DNA of 64,000 nt, taken from an uncultured Gemmatimonadales bacterium. GTDB lineage: Bacteria; Gemmatimonadota; Gemmatimonadetes; Palauibacterales; Palauibacteraceae. Below are positions 11,101 to 21,254 of this stretch, in pieces. The number at the start of each line of letters is the position of its first letter. The first letter of the stretch is position 1. The notes under the pieces were generated by a model that saw only the letters and a list, made by a program, of their open reading frames with translations, did not search any database and had not been told where the DNA came from. The stretch is from contig CAWANJ010000003.1 of the NCBI GenBank assembly GCA_963783385.1, positions 32,001-96,000 of the forward strand. Direction: 5' to 3'. The translations under genes and the position numbers were made by a program.

Positions 11101-11521
11101 TCGAGGGCGCCACCGCGATGGCCCCGATCGCGCTCACCGGCTCATGATCGAACAGCGGCACCCAGTTGGAGCCGTAGTCCGTGGAGCGCCACACCCCGCC
11201 GTTGTCGTAGCCGACGTAGAAGATGTCCGGATGGCCCGGCACCCCGTCCAGGGCGCGTGTCCGCCCGGCCCGCGTCGGCCCGATCTCCCGCCACTGCATG
11301 TCGGCGTAGAGGGCCGTATCCGGGTCCGCGGATCGCGCGGCCGCCTGCGCGGCGGCCGGCCGGGCGGTGGCCGCGAGCGCCGACAGGGTCGTCAGCGCGA
11401 GCACGGTGGCCAGGGCCAGGGCGGCCGGAAGGGTGCGGAACGTACGGCACGCGGCGCGAGTCTCCCGCGAGGTCGCGGGAGTCGAGCCGGCGGGGACGGG
11501 TCGAACGGAACGCTTGCGCAC
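8143..11521 (-). CDS. Secreted VPS10/sortilin-like BNR-repeat glycosyl hydrolase (frameshift near 11080)
   Basis: Signal peptide, [11 protein letters not shown], many S.DGG.TW Asp-boxes, [21 protein letters not shown]. Confidence 0.85.
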
Positions 11522-11620
11522 GGAAGACGCCTCCTGGCGTACCGGCCGCTCGGGCCGGTGATTCACGAGATCGGAACGGTGCAGTGTGGGGACTCGGAGC
11601 GTCGGGGGAAAGACGTGGTG

Positions 11621-11661
11621 CCACGACCGTAGACGATTCGGACCTTCAACTACGGTCGTGG
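11621..11661. repeat. Perfect 12-bp inverted repeat with 17-nt spacer in a divergent intergenic region
   Basis: CCACGACCGTAG ... CTACGGTCGTGG. Confidence 0.7.
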
Positions 11662-11780
11662 TCCATTACCCGGCGGTCGGTAGCGTCAACCGACGAAACT
11701 CCGACGCGATCGATCCGTTGTGCAGGAGACGGCACCCGCGTGGGCGGGAAGGACGGAGTCTTCAGCGGACCGGGACGAGG

Positions 11781-13353
11781 ATGCGAGACGATACCAGGAT
11801 GGGACGATGCCCTCTTCGACGGCGGATCGCCGGCCGACCCCGGCAGGCCGGATGCCGACTTGGGGCGACGGCGGGAGCGGTAGCCGTGCTCGCAGGGCTG
11901 GCGCTCACGGCCTGCGAGGGCGGTCGGACCGCGGCGCATAGCGGCGGACCGGGCCAGCGAAACGCGGTACCCGACTCCGCGGCCCGCCGGCTCGTGCGCC
12001 GGGCGGTGGACGCGATGGGTGGCGAAGGCATCCTACGCGGCCTTCGGTACCTGCGATTGCGCGGGCGTCGAGGTCACCGCCATGGTCGGCGTCTCGCCGG
12101 ACTCGGAGCCCCCGCGCCTCCTGCACGCCTCGTTCGACGAGCTCCGCGATGTGCGGTCCGCGCGGGCCCTCCGCCACGCGGAATTTCGCATGGTGATGCG
12201 GGCCGACCCGATCCCGGTGACGCAGGTCATCGACACGGCGACGAGCGCCTTCGAGGCGGCCGAGAGCGTGGCGTACGCACCCGAGCGCCTTCTCCTACAG
12301 GCGCTGGACGCTCCCGATCTGGCGATGGCGCGCGACACGGCCCTGCCCGGTGGAGCGGTGCGTGTCGTGCGCTTCGGGACGCCGTCCGTTCGCATCTACC
12401 TGGACCCGGTCTCGGGCCTTCCCCGGGGCTGGAGCACCGTGCGCACGTATCCGCGCGACCTGAACGTGTGGGCCCCGTGGGGCGACGTGCGCTCCCGCAC
12501 CCTGTTCGGCTCGTGGGCGCTGGAGCCGACCGGCTTCCGATACCCGCGTACGATCACGGTAATGCGGAACGGCACCCCCTACCGGCGGATCTCGCTGCTC
12601 AGCGTGCATGAGGTCCAGGCGTCGCCCGACTCGTTCCCGACGACGCCTGGCTCCGGGCCGCCCGGGCCGGTGCGCCTCGGAAACGGCCGGGGCTCCGGGC
12701 CCGTCGAGCTGGCTCCGGGCGTGGTGCTGGTGCCGGGAGCCTACAACGTGGAACTGGTCCGCCAGGAGGATGGCGTGGTCGTCCTGGAGGCGCCCCACTC
12801 CGGCGCCTACAGCCGGCGCGTGCTCGAGGCGATAGCTCGCCGTTGGCCCGGCCTGCCGGTGAAGGCGCTCGTCTCGACCACCAATGCGTGGCCGCACGAC
12901 GCCGGGGTGCGGGAGTACGTGGCTCGCGGGGTCCCGATCTACGCTCCTCCCAGGGGCGCGGCGCTGGTGCGCCGCCTGGCGTCGGCACCGTACCGTCTGG
13001 AACCCGACTCCCTGCAGCGAGCCCCCCGGTCGCCGGACCTGCGCGTGGTCCATGACACCGCGGTGGTCGGGAGCGGGGCGAACCGGCTGATCCTGGCGGC
13101 CGTCGTAGACCCGAGCGGCGAGGGAGGACGCCTCCTGGTCGCGTACCTCCCGGGACGCCGGCTCCTGTACGCCGGCGACCTGCTCATCCCCCGGCGGTTC
13201 GAGCCCGAATTCTGGCTCGGAGCTTGGACGGCTCTGCTCGACGGCGTGCGACGCCACGACTGGGCGGTGGACACGGTGACGGCGCTCCACGATCCGCCCG
13301 TGGCGCTGTCGAGCGTGCGCGAGGCGGTGGCCGCGTCGGACGCCAAGGGCTGA
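11781..13353 (+). CDS. MBL-fold metallo-hydrolase-like lipoprotein (frameshift near 12055)
   Basis: LTAC lipobox; ELAPGVVLVPGAYN, VVVLEAP, LLVAYLPGRRLLYAGDL. The metal motif is degenerate (TTNAWPHDAG). Confidence 0.65.
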
Positions 13354-13472
13354 GCGTGAGCCCCCGACGAAGTCGCCCGGGGTCGCGGGCCACCCGGTGC
13401 TATCCAGCCCCCGGAAGGGCTCGTAGCTTGGAGCCGGAAGCCATCCTCCACTCGAGTCGAGAGAGTCCTCAC

Positions 13473-13985
13473 GTGAACAAGGAAGCCCTGGATCAGATGT
13501 GGGACCAGATGCGCCAGAAGTACGGCGTGTACCTGCGTCTCCTGGAGGTGATCCCCGACGATTGCCTGCACGCCCACCCCATTCCAGACATGCGGACCCC
13601 GGCGGAGCTGGTGGCGCACGTGTCCGGCACGGTCGTGCGAGACATGGCCGAGGGGATCGCCGACGGGGAGATCACCGCGGACGAGGGGGCCGAGGCGGGC
13701 GTGGCGGCCGGCCTCACGACGACGTCGGACGTGCTCCGCTTCGCCAGGGAGTGCTGGGACCGGGCCCAGAGTGCCGTCGACCGGATCGGTGACGCCGAGC
13801 TCCAGGCCATGGTTCCGACGCCCTGGGACAAGACCTTCCCCGGCTGGGTGGGCTTCCACATCCAGAACGACGAGTTCCTCCACCACCGCGGGCAGCTGTA
13901 TGCGTACGCTCGCGCCTGCGGCGTGGCGCCGCCCTTCATCTGGAGCTTCGAGGAGAACGCGCCGGGGTTCCGACCGGCGAGCTGA
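13473..13985 (+). CDS. DinB-family protein
   Basis: MRTPAELVAHV and EFLHHRGQLYAYARACGVAPP motifs. Confidence 0.85.
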   Translation: MNKEALDQMWDQMRQKYGVYLRLLEVIPDDCLHAHPIPDMRTPAELVAHVSGTVVRDMAEGIADGEITADEGAEAGVAAGLTTTSDVLRFARECWDRAQSAVDRIGDAELQAMVPTPWDKTFPGWVGFHIQNDEFLHHRGQLYAYARACGVAPPFIWSFEENAPGFRPAS

Positions 13986-14254
13986 CGGGGCAGCGCCAGG
14001 CACAGGAGGTCGCCCGGGTTGGGGGCGTCGTGGAGGACTCCCACCGCGGCGTGGAGGCCGAGCGGCCACTCGAGGCCGTAGTCCTGGCTCCCGGGGACGC
14101 CCCGCATGTGCACGGGATCACACGGGTCCGCCGAGGCGGTGCGGCCGCGGTCGGTGATCCAGGCCTCTCCGGACTGATCCCGGTACCTCGCCCGGAGCGC
14201 GTCCTGTCGTTCGACCGTCTCCTGCGCGTCGATGCGGTCCTTCGTCGGTGCCAT
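13986..14254 (-). pseudogene. OsmC-family protein, 3'-truncated
   Basis: RQDALRARYR..EAWITD..DP..LGLHAAVG..HDAPNPGDLLCLAL, after which homology ends at the dinB stop. The second Cys region is absent. Confidence 0.6.
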
Positions 14255-14319
14255 GGTCTCCTCCGGGGTGTCTCCATTGCGGCGCCTGGGCGGCGTTGCC
14301 GCGCCGAGCACGCGCCGCG

Positions 14320-14673
14320 CTAGGGCGATGGCTGGCGGACGTATTCCTCGAGCGTGCGCCGGAAGCGCCGCACGGCGGTCGCGATGCGATCTGGATCGTC
14401 GTGGGCGCGGGCCAGGACGACCGAACCTTCGAGCACGATGAGGGTCTGCTCGGCCAGGGCCAGGGCCGTCTCCTCGTCGGCCACCACCGCGAGGAAGAGC
14501 GGCGCGAGCCGGCTCACGAGGTCGTCGAACAGCTCCGCAACGCGATCGTGGATCCTAGGGCTGGTCTCGGCCAGCTCCGCGGCGAAGGTGCCGAGCAGGC
14601 AGCCGTGCTTCCAGAACTCGGGACCCATGGTCTCGAGATGGTCGGAGAAGCTCAGCAGGCGCTCGACCGGTCG
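14320..14673 (-). pseudogene. TetR-family regulator, C-terminal domain only (HTH deleted)
   Basis: PVERLL...HGCLLGTFAAELAET...VLEGSVVLARAHDD. The frame runs directly into a promoter/operator-like sequence. Confidence 0.7.
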
Positions 14674-14683
14674 GTATAGTCAA
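14664..14683 (-). promoter_or_regulatory. -35 box plus partial TetR-type operator
   Basis: TTGACT followed by ATACCGACCGGTCG (palindromic core CGACCGGTCG). Confidence 0.5.
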
Positions 14684-14935
14684 GGGCCGCTCGTCGAAGG
14701 GATCCGTCCGCTCTGGCGCTTCAACGGAGGTTTCCGTTGCACGGCTTGCGGCGCCCCCCGGACTTCGACTCGGTAGCCGGTCCGAACGCCGGACCCCAAC
14801 GCGTCCCGGCCCGGTTGATTTCCGTGCGACCGCCGACGAGGGTTTCCCTGTGGGTAGACTCCCTCCGACCGCCGCCGATCACGCGCGCGCCGTCTCCAAT
14901 CGAGCGAGGAGCGCCGATATGCTCTACCTGGAACC

Positions 14936-15298
14936 ATGATCTGTCGGACCGGGCGTCCCTAGGGGACCGCGTGGGCGGCCATCGTGACCGTCCTCCTGAT
15001 CGGATGCAGCGGGAGCAGCACGGCTCCGCCCGCCAGAGGTTCGATCCGGCTCACCGTGACGACCGGCGCGAACATCGACGCGGACGGCTCCGAGCTGGAT
15101 CTATTCGGCCCGAGCAACCGTGTGCTCACGATTCAGGCCAACACCGAGGTGCTCCTCGAAGAGCTCACACATGGTCAGTACGAGCTACAGCTCAAGGACG
15201 TGGCCACGAATTGCGCCGTGGACGGCGCCAACCCGGTGAGTGCCACCGTCGTCTTCGGCGACACGGTCCCCGCGGACTTCGGCCTGACCTGCCAGTAG
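14936..15298 (+). CDS. Small lipoprotein with a single beta-sandwich-like module; in-frame TAG in the signal peptide (or a GTG start at 14984)
   Basis: MICRTGRP*GTAWAAIVTVLLIGC lipobox, then TTGANIDADG...NCAVDGANP...LTCQ with two Cys. Confidence 0.5.
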
Positions 15299-15386
15299 CG
15301 GGTCCCCTGGCAGCGGCGGGAAGCCGGGCGCATGGCGTCCCGCCGAGAGTCGGCTTCGCGCAGGGTCGGCCCGGCGGAGGTTCGGT

Positions 15387-16214
15387 CTAGCGGAGGAAGT
15401 GCACTCCCAGGCAGCCGATCGAGGCCAGCACGCAGTAGGCGGCGAACACGTACAGCGAGTGCTTGCTCAGGTAGGCGAGCAGCCACTTGATCGACAGCCA
15501 GCCGACGATCGCCGCCACGACGAAGCCGATGGCGAAGGTGGGCAGCAGGTGCCCCAGCCCGGGCATCCCGAACAGCTTGAACGTCTCGTAGCCCGCGGCC
15601 GCCAGCATGACGGGGGCCGTTAGAAGGAAGGCGAAGCGCGCCGCGGCCGGACGATCGAAGTCCCGGAGCATGGCGCCCGAGATCGTCGAGCCGGAGCGGG
15701 AGGCGCCCGGGAACACGGCCAGGACCTGGAACAGGCCGACCACCAGCGCATCCCGCCGATTCATGACCGTGAGGTCCCGCGAGCGCTTGCCCAGGATCTC
15801 GGCCAGCGTCATGAGGAACGCCGCGGTGAGCATGCGGATGGCGGCCTCCACGAGGGGAGCCTGAAACAGGGCTTCCACTTCGTGCCGGAGGACGAAGCCC
15901 ACGGCGAGCGCCGGGATGCTGGCGATGAGGATGTACCAGCCCATGCGGGCGTCGTCGGGCAGCGAGCCGAAGTCCGACACCCGTCCCAGGGTGCCGAGCG
16001 TCGCCCGCAGGATGGACCACAGGTCCTCGAAGAAGTAGACGAACAGGGCGACCAGGGGCCCGATCTGGACGATGATCAGGAAGGCCGTCATCGCCTCGCC
16101 GGGCGGGATGTGGAGCGCCGTCTGTCCGACCAGGAGCTGGGCCGTGGAGGAGACCGGAATGAACTCGGTCAGACCTTCGATCACGCCGAGGACGAGAACC
16201 TGGAGGAGGCCCAT
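15387..16214 (-). CDS. uppP: Undecaprenyl-diphosphate phosphatase (BacA)
   Basis: LGVIEGLTEFIPVSSTA, PGASRSGSTI, AARFAFLL. Confidence 0.95.
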   Translation of the reverse strand: MGLLQVLVLGVIEGLTEFIPVSSTAQLLVGQTALHIPPGEAMTAFLIIVQIGPLVALFVYFFEDLWSILRATLGTLGRVSDFGSLPDDARMGWYILIASIPALAVGFVLRHEVEALFQAPLVEAAIRMLTAAFLMTLAEILGKRSRDLTVMNRRDALVVGLFQVLAVFPGASRSGSTISGAMLRDFDRPAAARFAFLLTAPVMLAAAGYETFKLFGMPGLGHLLPTFAIGFVVAAIVGWLSIKWLLAYLSKHSLYVFAAYCVLASIGCLGVHFLR

Positions 16215-16387
16215 GTGAGCTTACGCACCCGTCGCGCGAGGGAGTCGCCGCGGCGTGGCCGCCGGCCGCACGTGGCCGGGCGACGCTCGCCGATCGGACC
16301 CGAAGATGGGGGCCGTTCTCCGGGCGTGCCACCCGGGAGGAGGGGTCGATCCGGGCCGACCGGAGCCCGGCGGCGCCGACCCGGGGC

Positions 16388-18025
16388 TCAGGTGGGCCCG
16401 GGAGGCGAGTCGAACGTGAGCCGGTGCTTGCGGCGCAGGAACGCGTGCAGCATGCGGCCCACGCGCATCGTGGCGGCCGAAACGTCGGCCATCTCCGCGC
16501 CCGTCGGCACGGCTTCCTCGGCCGCGAGCAGCGTGTTGATCACGTACGGCCGGATGTCCGCGACCGGGCCCTCGGGAAGGGAGGCCGGAATCGGAAACGT
16601 CCCGACGGCCTTCTTGGCGCCGAGGACGATGGGGCCGTCGACGGTGAGGAGCAGGTAGGCCCGGTAGTTGAAGGCGTACTCGCGCCGTTCGCCGTCCTCG
16701 ACGCGGCTCACAGTGTCCGGGGGGAGGTACTCGTACATGACGTAGGGCGGCGACTCGATGCCCTCGGGGATCCGCTCCGTCCTGAACAGCGTGTGCCCGG
16801 TCGCCATGTCCCGCAGGGAGTGCTTCACGATGAGGTTCGGAAAGGGCGAATCGGGCGGCCGGCGTGGCAGGTCCTCGTCGGTGCGGATCATCCGGGCCAT
16901 CCGAACGCGCTCCTCGGCGGGGACGGCCGCGTTGTAACGTGCGATCTCGGGCTCGAGGAGGCCCTTCTGGCCGATCACCCACTGCAGGGGACTCGGAAGG
17001 GAACGAGAGTTGACGTACAGAGTCCCCTCGGCGTCGAGCTCCATGAGCGGCGTCCACGAGCGCCGGAAGGGAGAGCGGTGGCGGGGGTCGTCCCGAACCT
17101 CGTACGCCACGCCGCGGGCGCGGGCCTGGGCCTCCCACGCGGCCCGGATCGGCTCCTCGAAGTACCAGATGCTCGTCGGGTAGTGCGCGATGCGGCGGTA
17201 GTCATGCTCGGCCGCGTACCGACACAGTCCCTCGCAGAGCGGGTCTCCGGCCGGGTAGAGCTGCACCCGGTTGCTGAACAGGCCGGGGCAGAAGTTGGCC
17301 TCGAGGTAGGCGAGCTCCCCGCTGGACGAGAGGAAATCCACGCCAACCAGAGCGCAGCTCTCGACGGCGGGCCGCAGGATCCGGAACACGGGGCTGGTGC
17401 GCGGATCGTGTGAGACCTCGTCCACGTAGCCGGCCCCGAGGATGAGGGGATCGACGCCGGCCCAGCGGAACAGGGCGTGAAAGCCCGAGGTGCGGGCGCC
17501 CGGCGAGTAGCGCCTGACGGCCAGCCAGGCCCGGCCCACGGCCTCGGAGCCACCGGTCAACAGCCGGGAGACGCCGTACAGCGTGCGACCCGCGTGCCAG
17601 CGCCATCCACCCCGCTGGCGAACGCCCTTCGCGACGCGGGCCAGCTCGCTGCCCCAGCGGAACACCGGCCCGTGGACCAGGGACTCGAGTCGAACGGAGA
17701 GCGTGAAGGTGCGCTCCCGCATCTCGACGCAGACGGCGTCGCTCAGCGCCCGGCGGAGCTGGGCCGGGAGCTTCTCGAAGGACCCGAAGTGCGTGTCCGG
17801 CTGCTGCCACAGGGCCCTGAAGCGCCGCCGGGAGCAGCCGGTCTGCCTGCGGAGCGTGCGGATCATGCGGCGGGCCTCGATCCCGGTCACGCGGAGAGGG
17901 TGCGTCTCCGCCAGGCGCTGAAGTGCGGCTCCCACCGCGGCGGGCGAGCTTCCGTCGTCGGATCGCGGGGCAGCGGGCTGGACGTGCCCCCCGCGGTCCC
18001 CGCGAGAGACCGGTCCGCGCGTCAC
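16388..18025 (-). CDS. Circularly permuted ATP-grasp ligase-like protein, copy A
   Basis: VGVDFL..YLEANFCPG precedes LIVKHSLRDMATG, YEYLP, YRAYLLL and YVIN. The GTG start overlaps the stop of copy B. Confidence 0.7.
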   Translation of the reverse strand: MTRGPVSRGDRGGHVQPAAPRSDDGSSPAAVGAALQRLAETHPLRVTGIEARRMIRTLRRQTGCSRRRFRALWQQPDTHFGSFEKLPAQLRRALSDAVCVEMRERTFTLSVRLESLVHGPVFRWGSELARVAKGVRQRGGWRWHAGRTLYGVSRLLTGGSEAVGRAWLAVRRYSPGARTSGFHALFRWAGVDPLILGAGYVDEVSHDPRTSPVFRILRPAVESCALVGVDFLSSSGELAYLEANFCPGLFSNRVQLYPAGDPLCEGLCRYAAEHDYRRIAHYPTSIWYFEEPIRAAWEAQARARGVAYEVRDDPRHRSPFRRSWTPLMELDAEGTLYVNSRSLPSPLQWVIGQKGLLEPEIARYNAAVPAEERVRMARMIRTDEDLPRRPPDSPFPNLIVKHSLRDMATGHTLFRTERIPEGIESPPYVMYEYLPPDTVSRVEDGERREYAFNYRAYLLLTVDGPIVLGAKKAVGTFPIPASLPEGPVADIRPYVINTLLAAEEAVPTGAEMADVSAATMRVGRMLHAFLRRKHRLTFDSPPGPT

Positions 18026-19650
18026 GGCCAGTCCTCTCCGTGCACGCGGCGCAGGAAGTCGTGCACCAGCCAGCCGATCCTGAGCGCGGCCGGCTTCATC
18101 CTCTCGCACTCGGTCTCGGTCGGGCGGACATGCCGGGCTCCGGTATGTCCGTTGACCACGTATGGTTCCGGGTGCGCCACCTCGCCTTCCGCGAGCCGCT
18201 CGGGGACGGGGGCGGCCCCGATCGCCTTCGAAAAGTTGCCGATCACCGGACCGTCGGGCGTGATGAACAGGTTGGCGCGAATCCGGGTCGCGTGCTCGCC
18301 GGGAACCTCGTTCTCGCACAGCCTCTCGAGCTCCGGCCGGATGAACTCGAACGCGACATAGGGGGGCCGGTTCATCCACGGCTCGAGCGTGGAAGTCCTG
18401 TACATGCGGACGTCGCGCGCCTCGTTCAGCAGGGCGTGTTTCACCACGAGGTTGGGGAAGCGTCCGTCGGGCTCCAGCTCACGTAGCTCCCGGGAGGATC
18501 GTATGCGACGCGGGACGGGAATCCGTTCGTCGGCCGGCACGTGGGCATTGTGGCGCTCGATCTCCTCCTCGAACAGGCCCTTCTCCTCCAGGAGGACGTT
18601 CACGGGGTGGGGAAGGGTCCGGATGTTCACATACAGCGTCCGCCGTGCGTCGGACGCCATGAGCGGCTCGGTGGACCGATGGTCGTATCGGGATCGCACG
18701 CGAGGGTCGTCGCGGATCTCCAGCTCCACGCCCGCGGCGGTCGCCTGGTGCCTCCACCAGTCCTCGATGCGCCGCGGCAGCGTGGCGACGCTGGACGGAA
18801 AGAAGACGATGCGATCGCAGCCGTCCCGCCGGGCACCGGCGATCGCCGCCGTCAGGAGCGGGTCCCCGTTGGGACGGTTCTGGTAGCGACGTCCCAGGAA
18901 GAAGCCCGGATTGACGTTGGCCTCGATGAAGTAGGTGGCACCGTTCGAGGGCAGGAGGTCCACGCCCACCATCATCCAGCTCGACACCCGCCGCTCCGGA
19001 TCCCGGTACACGGGGCTGACGCGAGGGTCGCACGGGAGCCCGCGCACGTATTCGATCGCCGGCCGCATGGGATCGACGCCGGCCCACCTCCACAGGGCGT
19101 GAAGTCCCAATGTCTCCCACCGACCGACGAACCGGGTGGCGTCCAGCCAGGCCCGGCCGGCTCGCTCGCTGGCCCAGCACAGGCCGCGACCGCAGAGGTA
19201 GAGGTTCCTGCCCGCTCGCCGCCAGCGGCGACCGCGGGACGAGAGGCGTCGGCCGCGGTGGGCGACCTCGCTTCCCAGGCGGAAGGCGGGCCCGTGCACG
19301 CGATCGTACAGCCGGCTGCCGGGGAGGACGCTCCGCTCCTCCATCTCCCGCGCGACGGCGTCGGCGAGGGCCTCGCGAAGGCGCTCCGGCAGGTCCTCGA
19401 ACGGGCCGAGGCCCGCCTCCGGGTCGGCCCACAGCTCGCGGTAGTCCTCGCGGGTCCAGCCGACTCGCTGGCGCAGCTCCCGCACCATGTCCCGGACCCG
19501 GCGGCCGCTCATCCGCAGCGGGTACGCCGACGCCAGCTCCGCCAGGAGTGACGCGTGCCCGGACGGGCGTGTCTCGGCCGAACTCTGTTGGAGAACCGAC
19601 GTGATCACGTCGTCACCTGCGTCACCGTGATCCTCCGTTTCGGCGGTCAC
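18022..19650 (-). CDS. Circularly permuted ATP-grasp ligase-like protein, copy B
   Basis: VGVDLL..FIEANVNPG, LVVKHALLNEARD, FEFIRP, IRANLFITPDGP, YVVNG. Confidence 0.7.
   Translation of the reverse strand: MTAETEDHGDAGDDVITSVLQQSSAETRPSGHASLLAELASAYPLRMSGRRVRDMVRELRQRVGWTREDYRELWADPEAGLGPFEDLPERLREALADAVAREMEERSVLPGSRLYDRVHGPAFRLGSEVAHRGRRLSSRGRRWRRAGRNLYLCGRGLCWASERAGRAWLDATRFVGRWETLGLHALWRWAGVDPMRPAIEYVRGLPCDPRVSPVYRDPERRVSSWMMVGVDLLPSNGATYFIEANVNPGFFLGRRYQNRPNGDPLLTAAIAGARRDGCDRIVFFPSSVATLPRRIEDWWRHQATAAGVELEIRDDPRVRSRYDHRSTEPLMASDARRTLYVNIRTLPHPVNVLLEEKGLFEEEIERHNAHVPADERIPVPRRIRSSRELRELEPDGRFPNLVVKHALLNEARDVRMYRTSTLEPWMNRPPYVAFEFIRPELERLCENEVPGEHATRIRANLFITPDGPVIGNFSKAIGAAPVPERLAEGEVAHPEPYVVNGHTGARHVRPTETECERMKPAALRIGWLVHDFLRRVHGEDWP
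19327..19434. repeat. 108-bp exact direct repeat, copy 1 (in paralogue B)
   Basis: Identical to 20955-21062 by direct comparison. Confidence 0.9.
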
Positions 19651-21254
19651 CGCCTCGACGCCAGTCCGGACCGTGTTTGCGTCGCAGGAAATCGTGGACG
19701 AGCCATCCGATGCGGAGCGCGGCCGCGGCCGCTCGCTCGTGCTCTTCCGGTGTGGTGCCGAAGTGATCGGAGCCAGCGTGGGAGTTCAGCACGTACGGCC
19801 GGATGTCGCGAACGGGACCGGGTTCGAGACGATCGGGAACCGGAGCCCCTGCGACCGCCTTGAGGGAGTCCGTGACCAGAGGCCCGTCCGGCGTGATCAG
19901 GAGAAACGTCCGGAACTTGATCGGATACTGTCTTCGCACGCCCCCCTCCAGCCGTTCCTCCGTTTCCGGGGGCACGAATTGGAAGGCCACGTAGGGGGGG
20001 CGCAGCATCTCCTCGTTGAGGCCTTCCGTCCGGAAGAGCCGGATGTCCCGGGCCTCGTTCAGGAGGGCGTGCTTGAGGACGACGTTGGGGAAGCGACCAT
20101 CGGCATCGAGCGGGGGGACGTCGGAGGCCGAGAGGATGCGCCGGGGCACCGGGATGCGCTCCTCGGCGGGCAGCCGAGCGTTGTGACGCTCGATCGCGGC
20201 CTCGAACAGCCCCTTCTCCTCCAGCAGGACGTTCGCCGGATGGGGGAGTGTGCGGACGTTGAGATAGAGGACGCCCTCGGCGTCGGGCTCCATGAGCGGG
20301 TCGCAGTTCCGGCGATACCGCGAGCGCACGCGGGGATCGTCCCGGATCTCGAGCTGGACGCCGGCCGCCCGTGCGTGCTCGCGCCACTTGGTCTCCAGCT
20401 CCCGGCTCACCGACGCAATACTGGAGGGAAAGACGACGAGCCGGTCGCAGGCCTCGCGCCGGCAATAGTCGAGCAGCGTCGCGAGGAGAGGGTCCTCCCC
20501 GGGGTGGAAGGCCAGTCTCTGCATCATCCAGCCCGGATTGACGTTGGCCTCGATGTAGTAGATCCGGCCGTCGGAGGGGAGGAGGTCGAGGCCGACCATC
20601 ATCACGCTGACGACGCGGCGGTCGGGTCGCCGGTAGACGGGGCTGAAGCGGGGGTCGCAGGGAATCTCGCGCACGTACTCGATGGCGGGGCGCATGGGGT
20701 CGATACCGGCCCACTTCCACAGGGCATGGAAGCCCGAGGTCTCCCACGGACCCGTGAAGCGGGTGACGTCGAGCCAGGCACGGCCGGCCCGCTCGCTCGC
20801 CCAGCACAGGCCGCGGCCGCACAGATAGACGTTACGGCCTACCCGGCGCCAGCGCGGGCCGCGGGCAGCCAGAATGGCGGCCCCGGTGGCTGAGCTCGCT
20901 ACCCAGGCGGAAGAGGGGTCCATAGACGCGGCGCCGCAGGCGCTCACTCGTCGTGACGCTCCGCTCCTCCATCTCCCGCGCGACGGCGTCGGCGAGGGCC
21001 TCGCGAAGGCGCTCCGGCAGGTCCTCGAACGGGCCGAGGCCCGCCTCCGGGTCGGCCCACAGGGCGCGGTAGTCATCGCGGGACCAGCCGGTCCGCCGTC
21101 GCAGCTCGCCGAGCAGACGCCGGGCATCGCGACCGCTGACCCGCGGAGGGAACTCCATGGCCAGCTCGGCGAGCGCGGCCACGGCCGTTCCCGGGGTCTT
21201 CTCGTTCCCCACGGGGCTGTCCGGGAGGCCTTCGCGAGTCTGCGCGATCGACAT
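19622..21254 (-). CDS. Circularly permuted ATP-grasp ligase-like protein, copy C (frameshift near 20880)
   Basis: MSIAQTREG start in a TGATG overlap with copy D; VGLDLL..YIEANVNPG, VVLKHALLNEARD, FRTFLLITPDGP. Confidence 0.7.
20955..21062. repeat. 108-bp exact direct repeat, copy 2 (in paralogue C)
   Basis: Identical to 19327-19434. Confidence 0.9.

Noticed and set aside
16215-16387. Possible precursor-peptide ORF for the ATP-grasp array (graspetide-like RiPP)
   Set aside because: No short ORF with an SD, a leader or repeated Thr/Ser/Lys-Asp/Glu core motifs flanks the array.
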